In this document: in pieces, positions 19,742-29,026 of the stretch
Numbering within the stretch: the stretch's first letter is position 1
How the letters are laid out: each line of letters starts with the position of its first letter
Notes under the pieces: generated by a model
What the model saw: the letters and a program-made list of their open reading frames with translations, nothing else
The model's database searches: none
Told to the model about the DNA's origin: nothing
Position numbers and translations under genes: made by a program
Assembly: GCA_017965445.1 (NCBI GenBank)
Contig: JAGCPZ010000025.1
Coordinates: forward strand, 41,782-105,781
Length of the DNA: 64,000 nucleotides
Direction: 5' to 3'
Source of the DNA: Fibrobacter sp.
GTDB taxonomy: Bacteria; Fibrobacterota; Fibrobacteria; Fibrobacterales; Fibrobacteraceae

Positions 19742-20761
19742 CTACTTCAGTTTTTCCAAGAACTCTTTTGCATCGCAGGACTCGACGAGATTTTCACCAA
19801 GCAGTTTTTGCAAGCGCAGCAAGTCGGAGCGGTCATCGCGTTCAAACACGACCACTTTCTTGAAATGGTCGCGGTGGCGCAACAGGAATTCCAGATTGTT
19901 GACGTCCGTCTTCGGGAAACCGTAACCAATAAAGTAAATTTCTTCGGCATTTTTCAAGTAGTAATCGGCCTTGGACCAAAGCAAGTTGAAAAGGCTCCCG
20001 CGCAAGAACGATTCCTTCGCATGCGCCATAGGGATGAATATCGGAGTGTCCTCGCAGTAAATCGGAAAACTGCGGTCTTGCGGCTCGACTTCGCAGACGT
20101 TTTTCAAGTCGAGTTCGTCGCTTGCACCCTTGACGGGGAACCAGTTCAGCGAACCATGCAATTTGATAAGGTCTATCGTCCGGGTTTTCTTGCCGCGCTT
20201 TGCCGAGCGGTCGGCAGGGTCGATTTTCACACCGTAATCGACGGAAACTTGTTCGCAAAGTTCCTTGTCGTTTGCAATTGCGGTTTCAATAAGCGTGTCG
20301 TAATTGAACGAGAGCAGAAGCGTTTCGCGAGAGCCCGATGCGGAATCATTTTCACAAGACACCAAAAATTTCTTGAGAATCGCCGACGACGACGCGTCTA
20401 ACACGTTGTCGCTACGGATGACGCTTGCGATAAAGCGCAAAAGCTCAAAGCGCAACGACGCATGGTAAAGCCGTTCGCGCTCGCCCGGAAAAATCTGCGC
20501 CGAGAGAATCGACGTTGCCAAAGGCTCGATACCAAGGTAATCGCTATCGCCGTTGCAAAGTTCAAGGAACCGTTTGCAGTAATCGCGAAAGTGCGGAAAC
20601 TCGTCCGGGATTCCGAAAGGGATAAGTTCGTTCAAGTCGCGGAGCGTGGGCATCTGCGGCGAAAAAGACTTGCTGAAACCAGAGCCAAGTACAAAAATAC
20701 GTCTATAGCAATTCGACTGCATCATAGACTTAATGTATAAATTTAGAGGAGAGAACGCCAC
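19742..20761 (-). CDS. SIR2-like domain protein (SIR2_2 type)
   Basis: FVLGSGFS, LLSFNYDTLIE, IKLHGSLNW, IYFIGYGFPKTD; start may be ATG near 20725. Confidence 0.82.
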   Translation of the reverse strand: MAFSPLNLYIKSMMQSNCYRRIFVLGSGFSKSFSPQMPTLRDLNELIPFGIPDEFPHFRDYCKRFLELCNGDSDYLGIEPLATSILSAQIFPGERERLYHASLRFELLRFIASVIRSDNVLDASSSAILKKFLVSCENDSASGSRETLLLSFNYDTLIETAIANDKELCEQVSVDYGVKIDPADRSAKRGKKTRTIDLIKLHGSLNWFPVKGASDELDLKNVCEVEPQDRSFPIYCEDTPIFIPMAHAKESFLRGSLFNLLWSKADYYLKNAEEIYFIGYGFPKTDVNNLEFLLRHRDHFKKVVVFERDDRSDLLRLQKLLGENLVESCDAKEFLEKLK

Positions 20762-20772
20762 TGCGTGGCTAT

Positions 20773-20880
20773 AGACGAAAGACGAAAGAGGTTAATAGTG
20801 GTGGTTAGTGGCTAGAGATGCAGACGGAAAAAGCGCGTGTCATTCTGAGCGGAGTCCGTAGGACGAAGTCGAAGAATCCA
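20773..20880. repeat. Heptamer arrays plus YGTCA-tagged palindrome
   Basis: AGACGAA x2, AGTGGTT-like units, TGTCATTCTGAGCGGAGTCCGTAGGACGAAGTCGAAGAATCC. Confidence 0.65.
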
Positions 20881-20891
20881 GTAACGTTCTT

Positions 20892-21599
20892 TTAAAACTT
20901 CAACCAGCCCGTTTCCATGGCGGTCACGGGAGTTACTTTCACATTACCTTTTTCGGGCACCTCAAAAGCAAGCCCCGTCAAGAAGTTCATCCAGCATTTC
21001 GGCTCAAATTTAAAACCGCAAAAATGCGTGAGGCACGGCACAATCCATGCGTCGTGCGTCACAAAGATGTTGAATCGCGATTGCGCTTTTTCAAACATCA
21101 TTTCACGCATCTGTTCCGCACGCTCGTGAAGCGGCCAAAAAGCATCGTGCTTTCCAGAATCAAGCCACTTGCAAATGCCTTCGTAAAAGCCTTCTCGCAA
21201 TGTCTGCTCGTAAGCAGGCACATCACGAACAAAGAAATCACCGAGAGCGTCAAGCGGCGTGACATTTACAGAAGCACCCGCGGCAACTCCCGGCGCAGTT
21301 CCAGGAATCGCAAAGTTCCCGTACCCCGCAAGTTTGCGTCCTTCACCAATGCACTGCGCCGTTTCTACACAACGCCCCACCGGGCTTGAAAAATACACCG
21401 CATCGCCAATCGCCGGAATCATCCGCCCAAGCGTTACCGCCTGACGGCGCCCACGTTCCGTAAGCCCCACATGCGCCCCAAAGTCCTTATCGCCGGGTGT
21501 AATGTGATTGCGTTCGGCATGGCGCAAAAGCAAATAAATTCTGGAGTTCCAGTCAACCTGGGCAAAAAAGTCGGATGCAGGGAGAAAATCGGTGGTCAT
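20892..21599 (-). CDS. Histidine phosphatase family protein
   Basis: LLLRHAER, GLTERGRRQA, SSPVGRCVETA, IFVTHD. Confidence 0.88.
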   Translation of the reverse strand: MTTDFLPASDFFAQVDWNSRIYLLLRHAERNHITPGDKDFGAHVGLTERGRRQAVTLGRMIPAIGDAVYFSSPVGRCVETAQCIGEGRKLAGYGNFAIPGTAPGVAAGASVNVTPLDALGDFFVRDVPAYEQTLREGFYEGICKWLDSGKHDAFWPLHERAEQMREMMFEKAQSRFNIFVTHDAWIVPCLTHFCGFKFEPKCWMNFLTGLAFEVPEKGNVKVTPVTAMETGWLKF

Positions 21600-21604
21600 T
21601 AATC

Positions 21605-21712
21605 GGAAGTGGTTAGTGATTAGTGGTTAGTAAACAAACAGGATTGTAAAAATAAACCTTATCTGCAACAAAAACTGTGTAAGGAGATCCCCGAACGGGG
21701 TCGGGGATGACA
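21605..21712 (-). repeat. Heptamer array (AGTGGTT) and YGTCA-tagged palindrome
   Basis: AGTGGTT AGTGATT AGTGGTT AGT; on the minus strand TGTCATCCCCGACCCCGTTCGGGGATCTCC (21683-21712). Confidence 0.7.
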
Positions 21713-21757
21713 TGTAAAAGGGCCGGGGACATGTCGCAACACTCCCGACATAACAAA

Positions 21758-22303
21758 TCAGGCGCCAATTGCGGCAGAAATGGGAATCCACAAAGCATGT
21801 CCAAGTGCAAAGCTTACAACACCAAGGGCAAATCCGCACAGCACATCCGTCAGCCAGTGCACGCCGAAATACACACGCAAAAGTCCCCACGTGAGCGGCA
21901 AAAGCATCATAATCCAGCCGTACTGCGGCACGATAAAGAATACCGTACTAGCGACAGCCAAGTTGTTCATCGTATGGCCCGATGGGAAACTGTACTTGTC
22001 CAACGGCGGCACCTCCGCCTTGATTTGCGGATTCGCGGCAAAGGGACGTGGACGCTTGGTGCTGAGCTTGACACCTTCGTAAATCACAAGACTCATAACA
22101 AGCGAAACAAGCGCCTGCCAAAGAATCGGCAAGAAATTTTCCCAACCGATTTTCCAAATCAAAAACGCAATGAACAAAGCCCAAATATAGCCATCGCCAA
22201 GACGCACGTAGAACTTGAGGAACTTCGTCGTCTTCGCGGAAAAATGCCGATTCGTCCAGTAAACCGAAACACGATTATCAAATTCAGAAATTTTCTTCAA
22301 CAT
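21758..22303 (-). CDS. PAP2-family membrane phosphatase
   Basis: KLSTKRPRP, YSFPSGH, RVYFGVHWLTDV. Confidence 0.92.
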   Translation of the reverse strand: MLKKISEFDNRVSVYWTNRHFSAKTTKFLKFYVRLGDGYIWALFIAFLIWKIGWENFLPILWQALVSLVMSLVIYEGVKLSTKRPRPFAANPQIKAEVPPLDKYSFPSGHTMNNLAVASTVFFIVPQYGWIMMLLPLTWGLLRVYFGVHWLTDVLCGFALGVVSFALGHALWIPISAAIGA

Positions 22304-22397
22304 CGGGTTAAATGTAGATTTTTATGCTCGCCTCACTGCGCCAAAATACTATTATTTAAATGTAATAGGTGGCAAGCATCAGGTCTGCTCCACACTT

Positions 22398-22522
22398 CGT
22401 CATCCTGAACGACAGTGAAGGATCCAAAACATTTAATAAAGGAAATGACTGGATTCTATCGGGGCCTGCCAACTGTGCCGAATGCAACCTTAATCACTAA
22501 CCACTAACCACTGACTACTAAA
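22398..22522 (+). repeat. YGTCA-tagged palindrome and (CACTAAC)n array before ackA
   Basis: CGTCATCCTGAACGACAGTGAAGGATCC (near-identical to 16909); CACTAAC CACTAAC CACTGAC TACTAAA ATG. Confidence 0.75.
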
Positions 22523-23704
22523 ATGCGCGTACTCGTTTTAAACTGCGGCAGTTCCTCGGTCAAGTTCGCCGTCATCGACACCAAGACTAAAGAATCCATC
22601 GCAAGCGGCCTCGTCGAAAACATCGGCGTCAACGGCCACACCAAGGCAAAAGGCCCCGAAGGCAAAATCGACTTCAACTTCGATTGCCCCACGCATGCCG
22701 AAGCTGTTGACCAGGTCAAGAAATTCCTCGACGCTCAGAAGCTCACAGGCACGATTGAAGCTATTGGCCACCGCGTTGTGCATGGCGGAAAGTACATCAA
22801 GAGTGAGAAGGTCACGCAAGAAGTCATCGACTACATCCGCAGCATCACGCTCTTTGCGCCGCTTCACGAACCGGCTCACGCAACGGGCATGGAATGCGCC
22901 ACGAAGTTCTTCCCGGGCCTCCCGCAAGTTGCCGTGTTCGATACGGCATTCCACCAGACGATGCCGCAGAAGGCTTACCTCTATGGTATTCCGTACAAGT
23001 TCTATGAAAAAGACGGCATCCGCCGTTACGGCGCCCACGGCACAAGCCACCGCTTTGTGACTGCCGAAGCCTGCAACGTTCTCGGCACCAAGCCCGAAGA
23101 AACTTGCCTCATCACGGCCCACCTCGGCAACGGCTCCAGCTGCTCTGCGATTTTGAACGGCCAGTGCGTCGATACCACAATGGGCTTCACTCCGCTCGAA
23201 GGTCTTATCATGGGCACCCGTTCCGGTAGCCTCGATCCGGCAATCCTCTTCTACATCGCAAAGAAGTACGGCAAGGAATACGGCACTATCGATCAGCTCG
23301 ACCACCTTGTGAATAAGGAATCCGGCTTGCTCGGTCTCTCCGGCCTTTCGAACGACATGCGTACGCTCACGCAGGCTGCAAGCGAAGGCAACAAGCAGGC
23401 TCAAATCGCTCTCGACGTTTTCTGCTACCGCCTCACCCGCGAAATCGGCGGCCTCGCTATGGCGCTCCCGCGCATCGACGCTATCGTCTTTACCGGTGGC
23501 ATCGGCGAAAACAGTTTCTACGTCCGCAAGCAGGCTTTGGACAACTTAAAGATTCTCGGTTACCAAGTTGACGAAGAACGCAACCTCAAGAGCGGCAAGG
23601 AATCCAACCACCTCATCACGAAGGACGGCACGCCGAAGGCAATCGTCGTTGCAACAAACGAAGAATTGCTCATCGCTCTCGATACGGAAGCTTTAGTAAA
23701 GTAG
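22523..23704 (+). CDS. ackA: Acetate kinase
   Basis: VLVLNCGSSSVK, GHRVVHGG, VAVFDTAFHQT, RRYGAHGTSH, HLGNGSS, MGFTPLEG, FTGGIGEN. Confidence 0.97.
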   Translation: MRVLVLNCGSSSVKFAVIDTKTKESIASGLVENIGVNGHTKAKGPEGKIDFNFDCPTHAEAVDQVKKFLDAQKLTGTIEAIGHRVVHGGKYIKSEKVTQEVIDYIRSITLFAPLHEPAHATGMECATKFFPGLPQVAVFDTAFHQTMPQKAYLYGIPYKFYEKDGIRRYGAHGTSHRFVTAEACNVLGTKPEETCLITAHLGNGSSCSAILNGQCVDTTMGFTPLEGLIMGTRSGSLDPAILFYIAKKYGKEYGTIDQLDHLVNKESGLLGLSGLSNDMRTLTQAASEGNKQAQIALDVFCYRLTREIGGLAMALPRIDAIVFTGGIGENSFYVRKQALDNLKILGYQVDEERNLKSGKESNHLITKDGTPKAIVVATNEELLIALDTEALVK

Positions 23705-23771
23705 GTACGAGGCCGCCCGCCAAGGCGGGCTTTGAGGTATGAGCTAGGCGCAAATGCGCCTTTGAGTATAA

Positions 23772-23803
23772 AAGAGGCTCCGCATTGCGGAGCCCTTCTT
23801 TTT
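23772..23803 (+). terminator. Intrinsic terminator after ackA
   Basis: GGCTCCGC-ATT-GCGGAGCC followed by a T-rich tail. Confidence 0.7.
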
Positions 23804-23813
23804 GAATTTAGCT

Positions 23814-23920
23814 GAATCCTTCGACTTCGTTTATCCCGGACTTGTTCCGGGACTCAGGATGACACATTCAACGGCAGGAGAGTAAAACTGTCTACTTCCT
23901 ACCGTCTACTGCCTACTACT
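23814..23920 (-). repeat. Nested YGTCA palindrome and AGTAGGA-type heptamer array at the 3' end of the adhesin-like gene
   Basis: Minus strand: AGTAGGC AGTAGAC GGTAGGA AGTAGAC, then TGTCATCCTGAG[TCCCGGAACAAGTCCGGGATAAA]CGAAGTCGAAGGATTC. Confidence 0.7.
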
Positions 23921-26900
23921 TAATCGTCCACGTCTGGTTGTTCACGCGGAGGATCTTGCGGCCCTGCACCTGAGCAGAAACGCTATTCACCTCGGCCGGG
24001 TTCACCGGAAGCTTTGCATTCCAGATTACGCGACCCTGCATATCCAGCATCTTTACAGTGCCACGCTTAGCCATCACGGCATTCTGCCATGTATTCTTCG
24101 GCTGGGCAAACACCGGCATCAAACCAGTCTTCGTTCCGACGACAACGTACAAAGGAATCGTCACGTTCGCCTTGCTCGGGTCGGAAGCCGTAACACCGAG
24201 AGCAAACATCTGTCCTTCCTTGAACTTGACACCATCGACAGCAGTCGCAGTCAGCACAGAACCCTTCATAGAAATCGTCATGTATTTCTTCAAGGCGCTT
24301 GTTTCGTTCGGCGTAAACGTCAGTTCATCTCCATCGACATCACGGACAAGAGTGTCAAGATCCCACTTGACCTTCCAGCCCGACTTGTCTTTCACATAAA
24401 TCGTATCCTTATGGAGAAGTATGGGCTTGTCGTTCACCGCTGTAATCTTCACGCAGAATTCAAAGTTCTTGGAACCGGACTTCTTGTCCGTCGCCGTCAC
24501 GACAACATAGGCCTTGCCAGTCGAATCCGCAACAGAGTTGATTTCCAGAATTCCCTTGTCCGTAATTTCGACCTTGAGTTTTCCATCCTTGCTCTTTGCA
24601 CTGAACGTGAGCGAGTCGCCTTCAGGATCCTTGAACCAGGATGCCACCACGGACTTCGGATACTTCAAAGCTCTTGAAGTCGGGAAGTCTTCGGCAACAG
24701 TCGTATCCAATGTCGCAGGATTGACAACGACCGTCGGGAGCTGGTTGCGCTTTTCGACAACGATTGTCACAATTGCGGCCTTGGACTTCGTCTCGTTGAT
24801 GACGCAGTAGTAGCCAAAGTAATCCGTTCCTACATAGTCCTTTGTCGGCGTATATTTGAAGCTACCGTCCTTTTCCAAGGTAAGCGTACCATGGCTCGGC
24901 TTCTGAGCAAGCTCGGCAGTCATCCCCTTCGTCACGCCTTCCGGATAGGTGTCGTTCTTAAGCACGCCATCCTTAGCGCTTACAGAAAGGACCGTATCGT
25001 TAAACGCCGTGTATTCATCCTTCATTGCCTGTGCGACATCCTTCGGAGAGATGAGCTTCACTCCAATCTTCACGCCAGCAGAATCAATTCCATCCGACGC
25101 ATAGAAGAAGATGGTCGCAAGTCCAGTGGCGCCCGTGACCGGCTTTACAGAAATAAAGTAGAAGTTCTCGTTGACGCTATCGACGGCAGCGACAATCTTC
25201 TGACCAACCGCACCATAAGTAAACTTCTGCGAGCCCTCATTAACTTCCTGGTCTCCGAAGACGAGCGATTTCGCAGGAATCTTAATCTGCTTGACCGTAT
25301 CTTCGTCAAAGTCCATGTCAAGAGCCAACGTGTCCTTGAGGAACGTGCTATCGACAACAACAAATCCCGGCGGGTCATTGACCGGCTTCACGTGGATAAC
25401 CACGGTTCCTTTTTCACTAACAGCGTCATGATTTGCCGTTTCAAAAAGGACGTAGGTCAACGTGTCATCGCCATGGAAGTTCAAAGACGGCTTATAAGTA
25501 AACGAACCAAGGTTTGTGAACTGAGTCAGCTTGCCGTACTTGGTCGAATCAATGAGAACAACGATGAAATCATCGCCATCTGGATCAGTTGCCTTCATCC
25601 CGATGGCCTTTTCTCCATTAACAATAAAAGTTTGATCTTCATTAGTCTCATATTCGAGATCCACCGCGACCGGAGGACGGCTCAAATCCTTGATGGAAAC
25701 GATATAGCTGACTTTGACCAAATCCGATTTTGTATCCGTCGCAGAGATTGCAATAATAAGGGACGTGTCTTTCTTGACATTCACCGGAACAAGAGCCAGC
25801 GTGTCTTTCAAAGTCACCTTATCCAGAGCAGTCAAGTTTTTCATCAACGGAGCAGACGTTTCAACAACAAACAGGAGCTTGTCGTTATCTTCGTCAGCAA
25901 ACAGATTCGCAAGAGGAATCCTCAATGTATCCGCTTCGGACATCGTATCCAGGACCACGGCTCCTGTATCGTAAGGAGCAAGAACCGTCGTGGGGTGGTT
26001 GTTCTCAGGAGGAGGTTCGACTGGGCAGCTCGGATCACCCGGGCAAATAGGGCCCGAAGCAGCATCAGTAATGGTAACCTTAATCTGAGACTGCAACGAC
26101 GTTTCGCCCTTAATAGCAATCAAAACAACATTAACAGTCGTATCATTTTCAACTGCGGCGGGGACATATACAAGGGTATCTTTCAACGTCGGCGACCCAG
26201 TCGGCTTAGCCTTCGTCAGCAAAGCCGTCGGTGTTACAATCGTGCTAATCGACACGGCATCACCTTCACCAGCAGCAAAGACCTTCGAAAGGACAATCTT
26301 CAACGAATCCGTTTCCTTGATTGTCACAGACTGGACTTTGTCGTACGGTTCAAGAACTTTGAATCCAGTATCCGACACCACAGCAGAAGATTCGCACTCG
26401 CCAAGAGAAATCGCTTTAATCGTAATTACATTCTTGTCTTTACCGGCGCCATCAACAGCTTCGGCAATGCCGGTCTTGTAGTTCATCTGGACACCCAGCT
26501 GCTGGGTAAGATCCAAATCAACTTCTTTTCCCCAGCCGGCTTCCTGGGCGAGGTTTTTAAAATCGATGAACGTCGGTGTAAATTCATCCTTAGCCTGTAA
26601 AACTACGCCATGAAAGTTGTAATCCGTGACAGAGGATTGCTTAAAATCGACACGGAACGGATTGGTAGCCTTGTAAGTGAGGCAAAGGCCTTCGTACGAG
26701 GAAATATCTATAGGCACATCCTGCTTGTTGGTCTGCTTCCATGCAATACCAAAACCAGTGGCGCTTGTCTTGCCTTCACCCAAATTCAAGTTCAGCGTTG
26801 CAGTGAATTCCTTATAACCATCCGCATGGTCCTTAAGTACACCATACGTCTGTGTCGTGGTATCCTGATAGCTAAACCAATAAGCAGGCTGCACATCATT

Positions 26901-27014
26901 GCCTTTTTGCTTATCAAAACTCCACACCGTCGCACCGGCGAAACTCGAAACAGCGCCGGCCAAAACCATCAAAACTGACAAAGATAACGACTTCATTTTC
27001 AATTCCTCCATCAT
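23916..27014 (-). CDS. Large secreted protein: N-terminal CBM11/CIA30-like domain, tandem Ig/cadherin-like (tandem-95/Big_9) repeats, basic C-terminal tail
   Basis: Signal peptide; DISSYEGLCLTYK; DPDGD, GSFTYKPSLNFHGDDTLTY, PVNDPP, VLKND, DGSFKYTP repeats; LDMQGRVIW tail. Confidence 0.72.
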   Translation of the reverse strand: MMEELKMKSLSLSVLMVLAGAVSSFAGATVWSFDKQKGNDVQPAYWFSYQDTTTQTYGVLKDHADGYKEFTATLNLNLGEGKTSATGFGIAWKQTNKQDVPIDISSYEGLCLTYKATNPFRVDFKQSSVTDYNFHGVVLQAKDEFTPTFIDFKNLAQEAGWGKEVDLDLTQQLGVQMNYKTGIAEAVDGAGKDKNVITIKAISLGECESSAVVSDTGFKVLEPYDKVQSVTIKETDSLKIVLSKVFAAGEGDAVSISTIVTPTALLTKAKPTGSPTLKDTLVYVPAAVENDTTVNVVLIAIKGETSLQSQIKVTITDAASGPICPGDPSCPVEPPPENNHPTTVLAPYDTGAVVLDTMSEADTLRIPLANLFADEDNDKLLFVVETSAPLMKNLTALDKVTLKDTLALVPVNVKKDTSLIIAISATDTKSDLVKVSYIVSIKDLSRPPVAVDLEYETNEDQTFIVNGEKAIGMKATDPDGDDFIVVLIDSTKYGKLTQFTNLGSFTYKPSLNFHGDDTLTYVLFETANHDAVSEKGTVVIHVKPVNDPPGFVVVDSTFLKDTLALDMDFDEDTVKQIKIPAKSLVFGDQEVNEGSQKFTYGAVGQKIVAAVDSVNENFYFISVKPVTGATGLATIFFYASDGIDSAGVKIGVKLISPKDVAQAMKDEYTAFNDTVLSVSAKDGVLKNDTYPEGVTKGMTAELAQKPSHGTLTLEKDGSFKYTPTKDYVGTDYFGYYCVINETKSKAAIVTIVVEKRNQLPTVVVNPATLDTTVAEDFPTSRALKYPKSVVASWFKDPEGDSLTFSAKSKDGKLKVEITDKGILEINSVADSTGKAYVVVTATDKKSGSKNFEFCVKITAVNDKPILLHKDTIYVKDKSGWKVKWDLDTLVRDVDGDELTFTPNETSALKKYMTISMKGSVLTATAVDGVKFKEGQMFALGVTASDPSKANVTIPLYVVVGTKTGLMPVFAQPKNTWQNAVMAKRGTVKMLDMQGRVIWNAKLPVNPAEVNSVSAQVQGRKILRVNNQTWTIK

Positions 27015-27082
27015 ATCTCAATAATCCATCAAAGTAAATCTATAATAGATTTGGACTTATGTCACATGAGAAAAGAAAAAAA

Positions 27083-28942
27083 TCAGCCTAAATTGTCCAA
27101 AATTTCGAATCTTTCGTATAATTTTTCGAGTAAAACCTCGTCATCGGCAATTTTTTTCTGCAATTCGACGATAAGCGGGGCGTTAGTATAAACTTCGGGC
27201 TTCGAAAGTTCCATCTGGAAACCGGCGATTTCCTGTTCCAGTTTTTCGATTTTTTCGGGCAAGGCCGCGTATTCGCGGTCTTCGTTAAAGCTGCGTTTTT
27301 TCTTTTTGGCGGGGGGTGCGGGGGCCGCAGTAGCGGAGCCGGCACTCGCGTTAGAGCGGGCCTGCTTTTCGGCTTCTTTTTCGGCGGCGATGCGGGCGGC
27401 ATTAGAGGCTTCCTTATCGCGGATTTTCTTGTTCGCCTCGTAATCGGAGTAGCCGCCGACCGCTTCAAAGACCCGGCCGTTTTCTTCGATGGCGAGGATG
27501 CCCGTCGCCACGGAATCGAGGAAGGCACGGTCATGACTGACAGTCAGGACGGTGCCGTTGTAATCGGCGAGGAGTTCGGCCAAAAGGTCGAGCGTTTCCA
27601 TGTCCAAATCGTTCGTCGGTTCGTCAAGCACCAAGACGTTGCTCGGGTGGCTAAAAAGGCACGCGAGCAAGAGGCGGTTGCGCTCCCCGCCGCTAAGCGC
27701 GCTGATTGGCCCGCGGGCGCGATCTGCCGAGAACAAGAAGTCTTGCAAATAACTTAACACATGACGTTTGACTCCGTTCAACGTAATGTAAGCTTGTCCA
27801 TCACCGATATTTTCAATAAGCGATTTGTCTTCGCGCAGGCGGGTGCGCATTTGGTCAAAATACGCGATATGTAAATTACTGCCCAAACGCACAGAGCCCG
27901 ATTCCGGCTGGAGTTCGCCCAAAATCAGGCGAAGGAGCGTTGTTTTACCGGAGCCGTTCGGCCCCACGATACCGATGCGGTCGCCACGGCTAATTTCTGT
28001 CGAGAGGCCGCTAATAAGCGGGCTCCCGTCATACGAATAAGACACGTCCGTCAGACGCGCAACGAGGCGCCCGGAACGGTCGGCTTCCGTAATCTGCATG
28101 TTCACATTCCCGGTACGGGAGCGGCGGGCCGCGCGTTCTTCGCGCATCTTGATTAAGGCGCGGACTCGCCCCTCGTTGCGGGTACGGCGAGCCTGGATGC
28201 CCTTGCGAATCCACACTTCTTCTTCGGCAAGGCGTTTGTCAAAAAGCTGGTTCGCCTTTTCTTCTTCGGCAAGCGCCTGATCCCTGAACTGCACGAACTT
28301 GTCGTAAGGGAAATCCCAACTGCGAACGCGGCCACGATCAAGTTCAAAAATGCGGGTCGCCGTCCGGCGGACAAACGCGCGATCATGGCTCACGAACATC
28401 ACAGCGCAATTCAAACGCGTGACAATGCCTTCCAGCCACTGGATAGCGGGAATGTCCAGATGGTTCGTCGGTTCGTCGAGCAACAGCAAATCCGGGTCTT
28501 CAGCCACGGCACGCGCAAAAAGTACACGGCGTTTCTGTCCGCCGCTCAAGCTGTCGTAAGGCGCATCCGCATCGATGCCCGTCTTGCCGAGAATCGCCTC
28601 GGCAGTCGCGTTGTGCGCGCCATCGTCTAAAATCTTCTTCGATATCACGGAACCGCCGCTCACCACGGACACACGGCCCATCACAATGTCACGCACGGTC
28701 CCGTCAAGATGCGCCGGAATTTCCTGAATCATGCGGGAAACTTTGAGCCCCGCCTTCTTAATGATATCGCCGGAATTAGCCTCCATCTCGCCTGTCAGCA
28801 CTTTCAAAAGCGTGCTTTTGCCCTCGCCGTTACGCCCGACAAGGCAAATGCGGTCGCCGGCTTCGATATCGAACGAGACGTTATCCAAAAGTGGCGGGCC
28901 GCCAAAGCGGAGCAAGATATTCTGCGCAGATAATATGGGCAT
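27083..28942 (-). CDS. uup: ABC-F family ATPase, Uup-like
   Basis: Two NBDs (GRNGEGKST, LSGGQ, LLLDEPTNHLD; GPNGSGKTT, LSGGE), WIRKGIQARRTRNEGRVRAL, C-terminal coiled coil. Confidence 0.88.
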   Translation of the reverse strand: MPILSAQNILLRFGGPPLLDNVSFDIEAGDRICLVGRNGEGKSTLLKVLTGEMEANSGDIIKKAGLKVSRMIQEIPAHLDGTVRDIVMGRVSVVSGGSVISKKILDDGAHNATAEAILGKTGIDADAPYDSLSGGQKRRVLFARAVAEDPDLLLLDEPTNHLDIPAIQWLEGIVTRLNCAVMFVSHDRAFVRRTATRIFELDRGRVRSWDFPYDKFVQFRDQALAEEEKANQLFDKRLAEEEVWIRKGIQARRTRNEGRVRALIKMREERAARRSRTGNVNMQITEADRSGRLVARLTDVSYSYDGSPLISGLSTEISRGDRIGIVGPNGSGKTTLLRLILGELQPESGSVRLGSNLHIAYFDQMRTRLREDKSLIENIGDGQAYITLNGVKRHVLSYLQDFLFSADRARGPISALSGGERNRLLLACLFSHPSNVLVLDEPTNDLDMETLDLLAELLADYNGTVLTVSHDRAFLDSVATGILAIEENGRVFEAVGGYSDYEANKKIRDKEASNAARIAAEKEAEKQARSNASAGSATAAPAPPAKKKKRSFNEDREYAALPEKIEKLEQEIAGFQMELSKPEVYTNAPLIVELQKKIADDEVLLEKLYERFEILDNLG

Positions 28943-29026
28943 ACTATAAATTTAGCATCTGCAAAGCGGATACAAAAAATGCCGCGCGTTTCCGCACGGC
29001 ATCTTCATGGGTAAAATAGGTCTTTG

